A DNA stretch of 64,000 bases from the NCBI GenBank assembly GCA_965213625.1, contig CBDBZU010000004.1:2464001-2528000 (forward strand), read 5' to 3'. Both the position numbers and the translations under genes were made by a program. The notes below the pieces were generated by a model. That model made no database searches and was not told where the DNA came from. It saw only the letters and a program-made list of their open reading frames with translations. Of this stretch, positions 17,362-26,093 are shown in pieces (position 1 is the stretch's first letter; every line of letters starts with the position of its first letter). Source of the stretch: a bacterium (lineage in GTDB: Bacteria; UBA8248).

Positions 17362-18507
17362 TTAAGATTTTCTTTTGAGTTGCACTCTCTTGCTGCCTGC
17401 GCCCTCGCCCAGCGCGCCGCCCTTGCGGCGGTGACGGATGAGTTCGGCGACGATGGCGACCCCAATTTCGCCCGGCGTATCGGCGCCGATGTCCAGTCCG
17501 ATGGGCGCATGGACGCGCTCGATGAGTTCGCCTCTGTCGTAGCCCTTGTCCTGAAGATGGCGATAGGTGAGCAGCACTTTGCTTTTGGAGCCGATCATCC
17601 CGATGTAGCGCGCGGGTGTCTTCATCGCCCATTCGAGGACGACCTCGTCGTTCGAATGGCCCCGGGTGATGATGGCGAGATAATCGGACTCATCGACCGG
17701 AATTTTCTCGAAAATTTCAGGGCATTCTCCGACGAAGAACGATTCCGCCATCGGGAAGCGCTCCTTGTTGGCGAACGAGGGCCTGTCCTCGACAATCGAA
17801 ACCCGGAAACCTGCGAGATAGGCCGCCTGCGCGACGCAGAATGAGACGTGCCCGCCGCCGAATATATAGACGAGTGGCTGGCCGGAAATGGGTTCGACAA
17901 AAATTTCGGTTGCCCCTTCGAGCGTGGGTCTTTTTCCGCTCGCGCGCGCGGCGTCCGTGTTGAACTGCAGGAGTGTGGGGCTGCCGTTTCGGATGATTTG
18001 CGTGCTCTCCGCCCAGATCTCCGTGGAATAGGTGGGAATCTCGCCCACGGCGCTGCCGTCGCGCCTGAAGAGCATTTTTCTGGCTTCCGGCGCCGGGACC
18101 TCGAGATCGCCCGGCTGAACGATGGTCGCCAGCGCCGCGCTGCCGCCCTGGTTTCTGATCTGGTTGATCTCATCGAGCAACTCTTCCTGAAATGCCTGGA
18201 AAGGTTCCACGAGTATCTCCACGACGCCACCGCATATGTGGCCGCTGTCTTCGGCTTCCTGCTGGGTGAGGTCGAACCTCAGCTTTTCGGGTTCGCCCGA
18301 CTCGAGGACGCTCATCGCGGTTTCCCACACTTCGGCTTCGAGACAACCGCCCCCGACGGTGCCTTCCGTGCTGCCGTCTTCGCGCACGAGCATCTTCGCA
18401 TCGCCGCTCATGGGCGCGGACCCCTTTCGAGCAACGACGGTGGCGAGCGCGCCGCCCTGGCCGTCTTCCTTGAGCTTTGCCATCTCCCTGAATACGTCCT
18501 TGCTCAT
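17362..18507 (-). CDS. xdhC: XdhC/CoxI family molybdenum cofactor chaperone
   Basis: LATVV..KGSAP, GTVGGGCLE, ICGG, IFGGGHV, YIGMIGS, APIGLDIGADTPGEI. Confidence 0.92.
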   Translation of the reverse strand: MSKDVFREMAKLKEDGQGGALATVVARKGSAPMSGDAKMLVREDGSTEGTVGGGCLEAEVWETAMSVLESGEPEKLRFDLTQQEAEDSGHICGGVVEILVEPFQAFQEELLDEINQIRNQGGSAALATIVQPGDLEVPAPEARKMLFRRDGSAVGEIPTYSTEIWAESTQIIRNGSPTLLQFNTDAARASGKRPTLEGATEIFVEPISGQPLVYIFGGGHVSFCVAQAAYLAGFRVSIVEDRPSFANKERFPMAESFFVGECPEIFEKIPVDESDYLAIITRGHSNDEVVLEWAMKTPARYIGMIGSKSKVLLTYRHLQDKGYDRGELIERVHAPIGLDIGADTPGEIGVAIVAELIRHRRKGGALGEGAGSKRVQLKRKS

Positions 18508-18538
18508 TCCCTGCTCCGCCTACGAGAAGTGATGATCT

Positions 18539-19366
18539 CTACGCATCCGGCGTAATCCGTAAGATAACTTCACATACGTTGTTAATACAAGATGTGAAGA
18601 GGATTCCGTCCGCCGGGCCATGAGGCTTGCCTGCAAACTTCCATACAATATATGCGATTTCTCGTAATTTTTCCAGTGAGGTCTCCATATCGGCCTTGTT
18701 CACGACGATCCACTTGCACGTTCCCTCTTCGACCTTATGAAAAAGGCCGTCAGGATGTGCGCACAGTTTCCCGACAGCATGGGGCGTAATTTCCTCACCG
18801 GTTCTAATTCCGCAGATCCGCGCGAGCGCCTCGGGACGAAAAACGTGCGCCTTATCCAAGGTCGCGCCCAGCGCGTCGAATCCAACAACGCCCAATACAA
18901 TGTCGAGATTTTCGGGCAATACGGGTTCATCGGGTCCCGGCGTTTTGATGGGCAATCTTCTGGCTCCGTCCGCCTCGATGAGCATGAGGGCGCCTGGGAG
19001 CCTCAGGCGGGTGATTTCCGAGGGTGTGAAACCGCTCAGCTTCATGCGCTGTTCGCTCTCATGGCCCGGAACCGGGGCTATCCCCTCTCGCCTGCGAGCG
19101 AACCAGGATATGCCGCATGCGTTCATATAGGGTTTGAGGTTATTTGAGAGGGTCTCGGCGTCGCCCAAAGCGAGTTGGAGTTTTTCTTCCGGCAGCGGCG
19201 CGAAAATCTTCGTTGTAGTCGTGAGAATTGCAGGTTTTCCAATTTGCGCATGAAACTGCCTGGCGATGGCCGTCAGCAGGCTCGTTTTCCCGCCACCGCC
19301 GACCGCCGCGACGCTCTGGCCTGGCGTGATGCCGAGAGAACGGACAACGTCTTCTCCCGTTACCAA
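18539..19366 (-). CDS. yqeC: Selenium cofactor biosynthesis protein YqeC
   Basis: VGGGGKTSL, LTTTTKI, IEADGARRLPIK.P...EP, HPDGLF, VNKAD; in an operon with yqeB and xdhC. Confidence 0.88.
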   Translation of the reverse strand: MVTGEDVVRSLGITPGQSVAAVGGGGKTSLLTAIARQFHAQIGKPAILTTTTKIFAPLPEEKLQLALGDAETLSNNLKPYMNACGISWFARRREGIAPVPGHESEQRMKLSGFTPSEITRLRLPGALMLIEADGARRLPIKTPGPDEPVLPENLDIVLGVVGFDALGATLDKAHVFRPEALARICGIRTGEEITPHAVGKLCAHPDGLFHKVEEGTCKWIVVNKADMETSLEKLREIAYIVWKFAGKPHGPADGILFTSCINNVCEVILRITPDA

Positions 19367-21132
19367 GTGCGGCTCTCCAAGCCGCCGAGCAGTTCACGCC
19401 TCAGGATGTTCACGAGTTCGGTGGAGAGCTGGGAGAGGTCCTGCACTACGATGTGGTTGGGGTAAATTTGCTCCACGAAGGGGTCCACCACACCGACGCC
19501 GATGACGCGGACGCCGAGTTTCTGCAGCCGGTTCACCGTGTTGACGAGGTGGGTCGCATCTCCGTTGGGCTGGCCGTCAGAGGTGATGATGATGATTTTC
19601 TCTTCCTCGGGCCGCTGGATGAGCCTGCGGTAGGCGAAGAGCAGGTGTTCTTCGTCCCAGTTGTTGAAGCGGGGATAGATGTTGACGAGCCTGTTCTTGA
19701 CCTGGGCGAAATGATCCTCGAAACCCTTGTAGATGCGATGCTGGAGCGGGGAGTGGCGGATGTGGCGGAACTTGAATGCCGGTATGTGGCCCAGGGCCGC
19801 CGCCATGGCGGCTTCAGAACTCTCGGTGGAGTAACCGATGACCTCGAAGGGTACTTCGAGGCGGTCGAGCGCTTCGGCGAAGAAGATGGTCGCCTCCCTG
19901 GCGGCCATGTACTTCGACTCGCGGTTCATGCTGCCGCTCTCGTCCACGAGCAGCGTGAAGCACACATCGAGCTTTTCGGGCTCTTCTTTCCGGTGGAAGA
20001 GATGGAATTTCCCCAGCCTTTGCTTCCACAGTTTGGGGAGATTCAGCTTGCCCGAGCGATGCGACCCGCTGAAGCGGGTGTAGGTTCTCTCCTGGATGAT
20101 CTGCATCAGCTTCCAGACCAGCACCTTGATGTGGCTGCCCGCATTATCGATGACCGCCGCGTATTCCTCGGTCTTGCCCTCGGGTGGTAATACGATGGAC
20201 CTCTCGTCGGGATGATCTGCAGTGGGGTGGATTTCCTTCTTGTTCCCTTCGAGTTCGAACCAGGGTGCTGCCCAGTGCCCGAGCGCTGCGAGTTCCTCGG
20301 GACTCAGTTCGACCTCCTCGCCCACATCTTCTTCGTTGATTTCCTCGGTAGCCTCGGGGTGAAGCATTTCGAGGGCTTCATCGTCGTCGCCCTCGAGGTT
20401 CTGGCTCTCGATTTTCTGCAGAATCTCTTCGGGAACCTCCGAGAGGTCCTGATCCTCATTCATCCGGGAGAGTTGCTCTTCGGTGAGATAGCGCTGGATG
20501 GCGTTGTAGATTTCATTGGCGCAATCAAAGGCGGTTTTTGGGTCATCGGCGGCGCAGGCGCGGTCTATCAGCGGGATGAGCCTGTGAAAAATCTGGACGA
20601 CGGCGGTATCGAACCAGGCCGCGGGCAAATCCCCGGGCCGCGAGGAGGGGACGCCGGGCGTCTGTCCGATTCCGGCGAGATAGATTCCCCACTGAATCTG
20701 GAGAAACAAGGGGAGTTGTCCGCTCATCTGGTTGCGTTCGGCCGCCTCAATGGCCGGGAGAATGAAGGCGCGGAAATTTTTCTTTGTGCCGGGCAGCGAT
20801 TCAGCGAGGCGGTTTTCGCACCGCGCGTCCTCGAGTGTGTGCCATATGTGGAAAAGTCCCGGCCTCTCGCGATTCGCGAGCGCGGCGCGCCCCGCCCAGC
20901 GGAACGTCCCCTGGATTTTGTGGGCCACCTCGATGAGCGTCATGCCCTTCTGGAACCTGAGGACGTGCTCGTCGTTCAGGTCGCCGCCCAGGCGCGCCAG
21001 GGTTTGTTCGGGGTCTTCGACGTGAATGGCGTCATCGCCGTTCTTCGCCTTTGGGCCGAAGTTCAGTGCGAGTTCGTAATCGTGCGCTGTCACCTGTGCG
21101 AGCGCTTCGAGACGGGCGCGTCGGCGTTCCAT
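19360..21132 (-). CDS. vWA-domain protein (CobT/NorD/CbbO-like partner of MoxR AAA+)
   Basis: C-terminal MIDAS LLVDESGSM ... SDGQP; RSGKLN; acidic linker; N-terminal HTLEDARCE motif. Confidence 0.85.
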   Translation of the reverse strand: MERRRARLEALAQVTAHDYELALNFGPKAKNGDDAIHVEDPEQTLARLGGDLNDEHVLRFQKGMTLIEVAHKIQGTFRWAGRAALANRERPGLFHIWHTLEDARCENRLAESLPGTKKNFRAFILPAIEAAERNQMSGQLPLFLQIQWGIYLAGIGQTPGVPSSRPGDLPAAWFDTAVVQIFHRLIPLIDRACAADDPKTAFDCANEIYNAIQRYLTEEQLSRMNEDQDLSEVPEEILQKIESQNLEGDDDEALEMLHPEATEEINEEDVGEEVELSPEELAALGHWAAPWFELEGNKKEIHPTADHPDERSIVLPPEGKTEEYAAVIDNAGSHIKVLVWKLMQIIQERTYTRFSGSHRSGKLNLPKLWKQRLGKFHLFHRKEEPEKLDVCFTLLVDESGSMNRESKYMAAREATIFFAEALDRLEVPFEVIGYSTESSEAAMAAALGHIPAFKFRHIRHSPLQHRIYKGFEDHFAQVKNRLVNIYPRFNNWDEEHLLFAYRRLIQRPEEEKIIIITSDGQPNGDATHLVNTVNRLQKLGVRVIGVGVVDPFVEQIYPNHIVVQDLSQLSTELVNILRRELLGGLESRTW

Positions 21133-21146
21133 GCCTCATCTCCCGG

Positions 21147-22031
21147 CTAGAAGTGGTTGTCTACGATATCCTCGAGCACTTTGGCGTCGAAAGAATTGAC
21201 CTTGCTGAAGATGGTAGAGATGGCGGCCTCCATGGGGTCGAACTGTGCCGCCATACGCGCCCAGTCGATGAGACGCCGGGTGCTGAACGTGCAGAATACC
21301 TTTTCGTTCAGCATGGCCTCGCGCACGTCGTGGCCCACGCGCACCATGCGCTTGATGAGCTCCTCATCGCGGTTCCCGCTCTGCTGCATGATGACCTCGA
21401 CTTCCGCGTCGAAGGGCAGGTAGTTCATCTTGACGGTGACGGGGAATCGATCCAGTAGCGCCTCGTTCAGGGGCTTGGTGCCCCCGTATCTGCGATCCTC
21501 ATGCGGGTTCATGCTGGCGAAAAGCCTGAAATTCGGATGAGGCTTGATGATGCGGCCGTCGTATTCGGATAAGACGATCATGCGGTCGTCGTCGAGCAGG
21601 CTGTGCAGGCAAAAGGCGATTTCGGGCAGGCACGCGTTGATCTCGTCGATAAGGAGCCAATCGCCCGACTGCATGGCGTCGACCAGGATGCCGTTCACCC
21701 AGTAGGTGCCCTGTTCGTTGATCATCAGTTTGCCCACGAACTCATCGACCGTTGTCATGCCGTTCAGGTTCACGCGACGGAAGCCGTTGTTCGTCATGTG
21801 GGCAAGGTGGCGCACCGAGAGGGTTTTGCCGACGCCGGTCTCCCCCACGAGGAGGACGGGGAGGTTCTTGCTCACCGCCCACGCGATGCGCTCGAGCGCA
21901 TCGCCCGCCGCGAGATAGAATTGGGTCGGAGGAACGAAGGAATTCCCGTTCGACTCATTGATCGGAATTTCGCTTCGCCCGATGCGGTAGGCGCCGTTTT
22001 CCACCGTTTCACTCAAAATTTCGGTACTCAA
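21147..22031 (-). CDS. MoxR-family AAA+ ATPase, CbbQ/NirQ/NorQ subfamily
   Basis: Walker A GETGVGKT, Walker B LLIDEIN, HPNFRLFASMNP, ALLDRF, FSTRRLIDWA; TTG start overlapping the yqeB stop. Confidence 0.9.
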   Translation of the reverse strand: MSTEILSETVENGAYRIGRSEIPINESNGNSFVPPTQFYLAAGDALERIAWAVSKNLPVLLVGETGVGKTLSVRHLAHMTNNGFRRVNLNGMTTVDEFVGKLMINEQGTYWVNGILVDAMQSGDWLLIDEINACLPEIAFCLHSLLDDDRMIVLSEYDGRIIKPHPNFRLFASMNPHEDRRYGGTKPLNEALLDRFPVTVKMNYLPFDAEVEVIMQQSGNRDEELIKRMVRVGHDVREAMLNEKVFCTFSTRRLIDWARMAAQFDPMEAAISTIFSKVNSFDAKVLEDIVDNHF

Positions 22032-22882
22032 TTCGCATACTCCATGGCTGATACGCCGAACAGAAACATCATGATGGCTTCGAGCGCGCCACCGCCGATG
22101 GCGCGCGATTTATCGGATATCGTGTGGCAATGGGAGGGCTCGGCTCTCGGGTCGACGTCACCCACCTTGAAGCCCTCGCTCACCTCGATGCCGTCTCTAA
22201 GGAGACCTCGCAAAACGCCGTCAATGGAGGAGCGAACCTCCGCATCATTCACGCGGGCGACGACCTCTCCCTCGCTCACGACGTCGCCGATCCTGGCGAT
22301 GGAGGTGAAGACGCCGGCATTGGGCGCGCGCAGCAGCCGCTCGGTGGTGTAGCCGCCGATGGGGCCCGGAATGCCCGTGTTGGCCTTCGCTGCTCCCTCC
22401 AGAATCACCCGCCCCAGGTCGTGGCCCCGGGAGGTCTCGATGACGGCGTGGCAATCTGCGCCGGCCGTGAAGCCCGGCCCCAGGCCGACGACGACTTCCG
22501 CGTCCTCGATTCGAGTACCGAGGTTTCGCTTCGCAAGAATCGCGTCTACCACGGCGGCGGGCTGGAGGTGATGTATCACCTCGGCTTGCGGGTCCACCAT
22601 CACCGGAATCGAACCCGCCTCCAGGATGGCGCGCGCGCGCGTCGATTTCTCTTCTGCGGACTCCCCGTCCGCCTGGGCGGAGGTAACGCCTTCCACTCTC
22701 CACTCATCGGCGTATAGACACTCGGCAAAGGAGACGGTGCGCCTCACCATGGTGGGGTTTTCGATTTCGGTAATCGCGACCGGAAATCCCGCCCGGTATA
22801 GGCGGTGCGCCACTCCGGTGGCGAGGTCGCCGCCTCCCTTGAGGAGCACGAGCGTCTCGGCGATGGACCTGCGGCTGCTCAT
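22028..22882 (-). CDS. yqeB: Selenium-dependent molybdenum cofactor biosynthesis protein YqeB
   Basis: KGGGDLATGVAHRL, VRRTVSF, VDAILAKRN, LGPGF.AG, ETSRGHDLG, KVGDVDPR, ISDKSRAIGGG; true start ATG 22882. Confidence 0.92.
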   Translation of the reverse strand: MSSRRSIAETLVLLKGGGDLATGVAHRLYRAGFPVAITEIENPTMVRRTVSFAECLYADEWRVEGVTSAQADGESAEEKSTRARAILEAGSIPVMVDPQAEVIHHLQPAAVVDAILAKRNLGTRIEDAEVVVGLGPGFTAGADCHAVIETSRGHDLGRVILEGAAKANTGIPGPIGGYTTERLLRAPNAGVFTSIARIGDVVSEGEVVARVNDAEVRSSIDGVLRGLLRDGIEVSEGFKVGDVDPRAEPSHCHTISDKSRAIGGGALEAIMMFLFGVSAMEYAN

Positions 22883-22887
22883 AGCGT

Positions 22888-23280
22888 CTAATCTTCCACG
22901 AAGGCGATCGCGTCTATCTCGATGAGCCACTCGGGTTTCGCCAGGCCGCTCACGACAATGAGCGTGCTCGCCGGGTAGGGTTCGCCGAAATATGTCTGCC
23001 GCACTTCCATGCATCCCGGGACATTCGCAGAGTCGGTGATATAGACCGTAAGGCGGATGATGTCCTCCATACCGGCGCCTGCTGCTTCAAGGGCGGCATT
23101 GATGTTCTCGTACACCTGGCGGGTCTGGGCCTTGATGTCATTGCCGCCGACCGAATTGCCGTCCACGTCTACCGCCACCTGGCCCGCCAGCATGATGAGA
23201 TGTCCGTTCGATACCTTCCAGCCCGTGGAATACGCGGCGACCGGCTTCACTTTGTCCGAGTTGATTTGTTGTTTCGCCAT
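22888..23280 (-). CDS. RidA/YjgF family protein
   Basis: LAGQVA, QTRQVYENI, YPASTLIVVSGL, LIEIDAIA. Confidence 0.9.
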   Translation of the reverse strand: MAKQQINSDKVKPVAAYSTGWKVSNGHLIMLAGQVAVDVDGNSVGGNDIKAQTRQVYENINAALEAAGAGMEDIIRLTVYITDSANVPGCMEVRQTYFGEPYPASTLIVVSGLAKPEWLIEIDAIAFVED

Positions 23281-23582
23281 TGGGTTCTCCCTTTCGCATC
23301 TCATCAGAAAGAAAAAATCATCTTTCCAGGAAACGGAAATCTAGCACGGGGTCGGACCAGAGGCAACGCAAACGGGTGGATTTATCGTGTTGCATCGGCT
23401 CAAAAAGAACTTTGAGTAGAGGCGAATGAGCACCTCCGGTGATCACCCGGAATGACGCGATATTTCGTGAAATGGGCTAGTTCGTGTGATATGCTTCGCC
23501 CGTTATTATGAGCCAATCCGCCAAACCGGTATAGGGCATACGGGGGAATTTGTGCTTCGCCGGGCAAACGGAGAGAGGACCC

Positions 23583-24182
23583 ATGGGAAAATTGCCGAAG
23601 TTCGACATGGACGAGGTGTTGACGAAAGCGATGGGCCAATTCTGGCGTCACGGCTATTCGGCGACGTCGATTCGCGATCTCGAGAACGCCACAGGCCTGT
23701 TCAGAGGGAGCTTGTACCACGCGTACGGCGATAAGCGCGAGATGTTTTTCCGTGCGCTCCACCGTTACGACAAGCTCTACCGTGAAAACCCGATAAATGA
23801 ACTCGAAAAGCATCCCTCGCCGCGAGAGGCGGTGTTGTCCGTGTTCGAGGCAGCCGCCTCGCAGGTGACGGAAAACGGCTCGAGCGATGGCTGTCTCGAA
23901 GTCAACATCGCCTTGGAGCTTGGCGCGCACGACCCGGATGTTTCTTCGTTCGTGGCCGGCGCATTCGCCGGCATGGCGGAGTTTATTCGGGCTTCCATCG
24001 AACGGGGGCAGGCCTGCGGAGAAATTTGTCCCGAAGTCGACCCGGAGCAGACGGCGAAGTCTCTGCTTGCGCTGTTCCTCGGGCTCAGGGTGCTGGCGCG
24101 CGTCTCTCCCGATCAGAGCTTTCTGGAAAGCGTCGTCAAACAAGCCGGAGCTCTTTTACCGACGCCGGAAGCGGTTTCCTAG
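23583..24182 (+). CDS. TetR/AcrR family transcriptional regulator (NemR-like)
   Basis: FWRHGYSATSIRDL...GSLYHAYGDK HTH; GCL..N; RBS GAGAGGA. Confidence 0.9.
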   Translation: MGKLPKFDMDEVLTKAMGQFWRHGYSATSIRDLENATGLFRGSLYHAYGDKREMFFRALHRYDKLYRENPINELEKHPSPREAVLSVFEAAASQVTENGSSDGCLEVNIALELGAHDPDVSSFVAGAFAGMAEFIRASIERGQACGEICPEVDPEQTAKSLLALFLGLRVLARVSPDQSFLESVVKQAGALLPTPEAVS

Positions 24183-24307
24183 ATTTGGACACCTCGTGAG
24201 GGATTCGGGCGGGTCGGCTCTTGGAGGGTGAGCGGAGTATCTCCCGGTCGTTTAATTCTTCTTCGGTCGGGATGGATTGTTGATCCGTCAATTGGTGGAA
24301 CCCAGCA

Positions 24308-24355
24308 GCAGGGACAGGTCGCGACCTCGGACAGGCACAGGGGCCTGTCCCTACA
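24308..24355. repeat. GTAG-type REP doublet
   Basis: GCAGGGACAGGTCGCGACCT / GGACAGGCACAGGGGCCTGTCCCTACA; same family as the 48.5-52.2 kb copies. Confidence 0.7.
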
Positions 24356-24373
24356 TATCACTCTGACTCTATA

Positions 24374-25450
24374 TCAACTGGTGTCGATCTTTTGCGTCAC
24401 CGAGCGCGTGGGGCCGAAAGTGGGCATGTAGCAAGAGTGCTTGCCGGCCCCGCCCGTGACGATGAGGATCAAATCCTCCGGGCCGTCGAGAAGCGGGATA
24501 TCGAAATCGTCCTCGTCCTCGTGTTTGGCTATTTCCTCGCCCCAGGTCTGCATCCCCCACATGGCGCCGCGCTTTAACTGGCCCACGGGCTTTCGCGCGA
24601 GCTCGACGATTCTCCGCTTCACGTCCGCTTTCGTCAGGCCGTCCCCCGCGATGGTCGTCGCGTGCTCGGGGCCCAGGGCGAGAACGGGTTCGCCGCGCAG
24701 ATAGAAATTGTTGCTCCCCATGATGGACATGGTGTCGGCGGCGGTGGCGAGAATTCCCTCCGCCGTGTGGCTCACGTGATCGTTGATGTTGTGGGGTCCC
24801 TCGCAGCCCACGAGCGTCACGGCGCTCTCCTCGCGCGTAAACCCGCGCTCCACGTGCAACGGCTCCCAGGGCGAGGCCGCCTCGTTCTCGGCGATGCAGA
24901 ACGCGTATTTCGCGGGCGTTCCTTGCGTGGCACGGTCCAGGACGCCGGGGCTCGCCCCGCCTATGTTCAGGAGCGTCAGGCGCATTGCGCGGCCGATAGT
25001 CGCATTCGCCCTGTTGCCGGGGGCGAAGCATCCATATTCCGCATTCAGGCCGATTCCTTCGACGACCGGGCCGTTCACTATGATGAGAGGCGCCACCGGG
25101 TGTGTCGTTGCCTGAATGGCGTGGAGCGAGAACTCGGGCGCCAGCACCGCCCGGACCGCTGCCACCAGAACGGGCATATACGCCGGATGACAGCCGGCCA
25201 TCACGGCGTTCACGGCGAGGGCCTCGACCGTGATGACTCCCTGGCGGGGCGGCATGAGGCCGATTTCCACATCGGATGCCAAGCCTGAGCCCTCCACCAT
25301 CCGAGCGACGCGCTCGGGCGTGGGGGGAACGACGGGCAGGCCGTCGCTCCATCCCCGGGCTTCGAGCAGGCGCGCCATCGCCTCCGGCGTGTCGCGGACC
25401 TTCACGCGCTCGCTTTCAAACGCCATATCTTCCTGAGAGTGGTCGTTCAT
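24374..25450 (-). CDS. Conserved hypothetical protein, partner encoded downstream of the UGSC selenoprotein
   Basis: WSDGLPVVPPTPERV, NAVMAGC, QATT, GNRANATIGRA, AENE..SPW, GGAGKHS; 12 bp after the UGSC gene. Confidence 0.8.
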   Translation of the reverse strand: MNDHSQEDMAFESERVKVRDTPEAMARLLEARGWSDGLPVVPPTPERVARMVEGSGLASDVEIGLMPPRQGVITVEALAVNAVMAGCHPAYMPVLVAAVRAVLAPEFSLHAIQATTHPVAPLIIVNGPVVEGIGLNAEYGCFAPGNRANATIGRAMRLTLLNIGGASPGVLDRATQGTPAKYAFCIAENEAASPWEPLHVERGFTREESAVTLVGCEGPHNINDHVSHTAEGILATAADTMSIMGSNNFYLRGEPVLALGPEHATTIAGDGLTKADVKRRIVELARKPVGQLKRGAMWGMQTWGEEIAKHEDEDDFDIPLLDGPEDLILIVTGGAGKHSCYMPTFGPTRSVTQKIDTS

Positions 25451-25462
25451 ATGGCAACCCGC

Positions 25463-26071
25463 CTATGCGAAGAGCGCCTTGTGGCGCACCGTCTTGCGGG
25501 GCGGGACGTATTCGCGCTCCCGGTATTCTCGCCTGAGCGATTCGGCATCGCTCGTGAGGATGCGCCGCACTTCCTCCACCGCGCCGTCTCCCAGCGCGCG
25601 CGCTTGTTCCGGCGCGATTCCCCCCACCGGATGCGCGACGACGACTATCGGCAGGCCGGGCATCCCCAGCGCTGTTCTCTCGTTCGCGCCCAGGGCCGAG
25701 AATTCACTGGAACAGAACGTGGCCGTCGGAACGCCCGCTTTTTCCATCTCCACCGAGTCATGGATACTCCATGACGTGCAGCTCCCTCAGTCGCCCACCG
25801 CGCAGACGGCCAGGTCGACCTGTTCGAGGAATTCCTCCAGGCGATCCTCCGGCAGGGTGGGGTTCGGTTTTCCCCATCGGACGATGCGCAGCGCTTCGTC
25901 CTCTTGCGCGAGAAGCTCCTCGATCCGCTCCAGCAGGACGTCGGCGTTCGGCTTGTTGTTGTGGAAGAAACCGATGCTGAGACACCCGATATCTTCGGGC
26001 CGCTCCGCCAGGGGGTGGTCGCCCGCACGGACGAAAGAGGTGGGTTTCACGATTTCAATCATCTGGCTCAT
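25463..26071 (-). CDS. UGSC-family selenoprotein (202 aa, in-frame TGA at 25787-25789 read as Sec)
   Basis: ORFs 25787..26071 and 25463..25753 share a frame; readthrough gives AVGD-U-GSC-TSWSIHDSVEMEKAGVPT (UxxC); SECIS-like hairpin 11 nt downstream. Confidence 0.9.
25757..25775 (-). promoter_or_regulatory. Putative bacterial SECIS element
   Basis: mRNA UGA-GGGAGCUGCAC-GUCAUGGA-GUA-UCCAUGAC: perfect 8-bp stem, G-first loop, 11-nt spacer after UGA. Confidence 0.8.
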
Positions 26072-26093
26072 CTCGAATCTCCGTAATGGGGAA

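Noticed and set aside
19360-22031. Cobaltochelatase cobS/cobT or Rubisco/NO-reductase activase assignment
   Set aside because: No cobN, cbbLS or norCB nearby and the context is yqeB/yqeC/xdhC, so no gene symbol was given.
25463-25753. Independent 96-aa gene or nonsense pseudogene
   Set aside because: It is in frame with the upstream ORF through a UGA in a UxxC motif with a SECIS-like hairpin, so it is treated as one selenoprotein.
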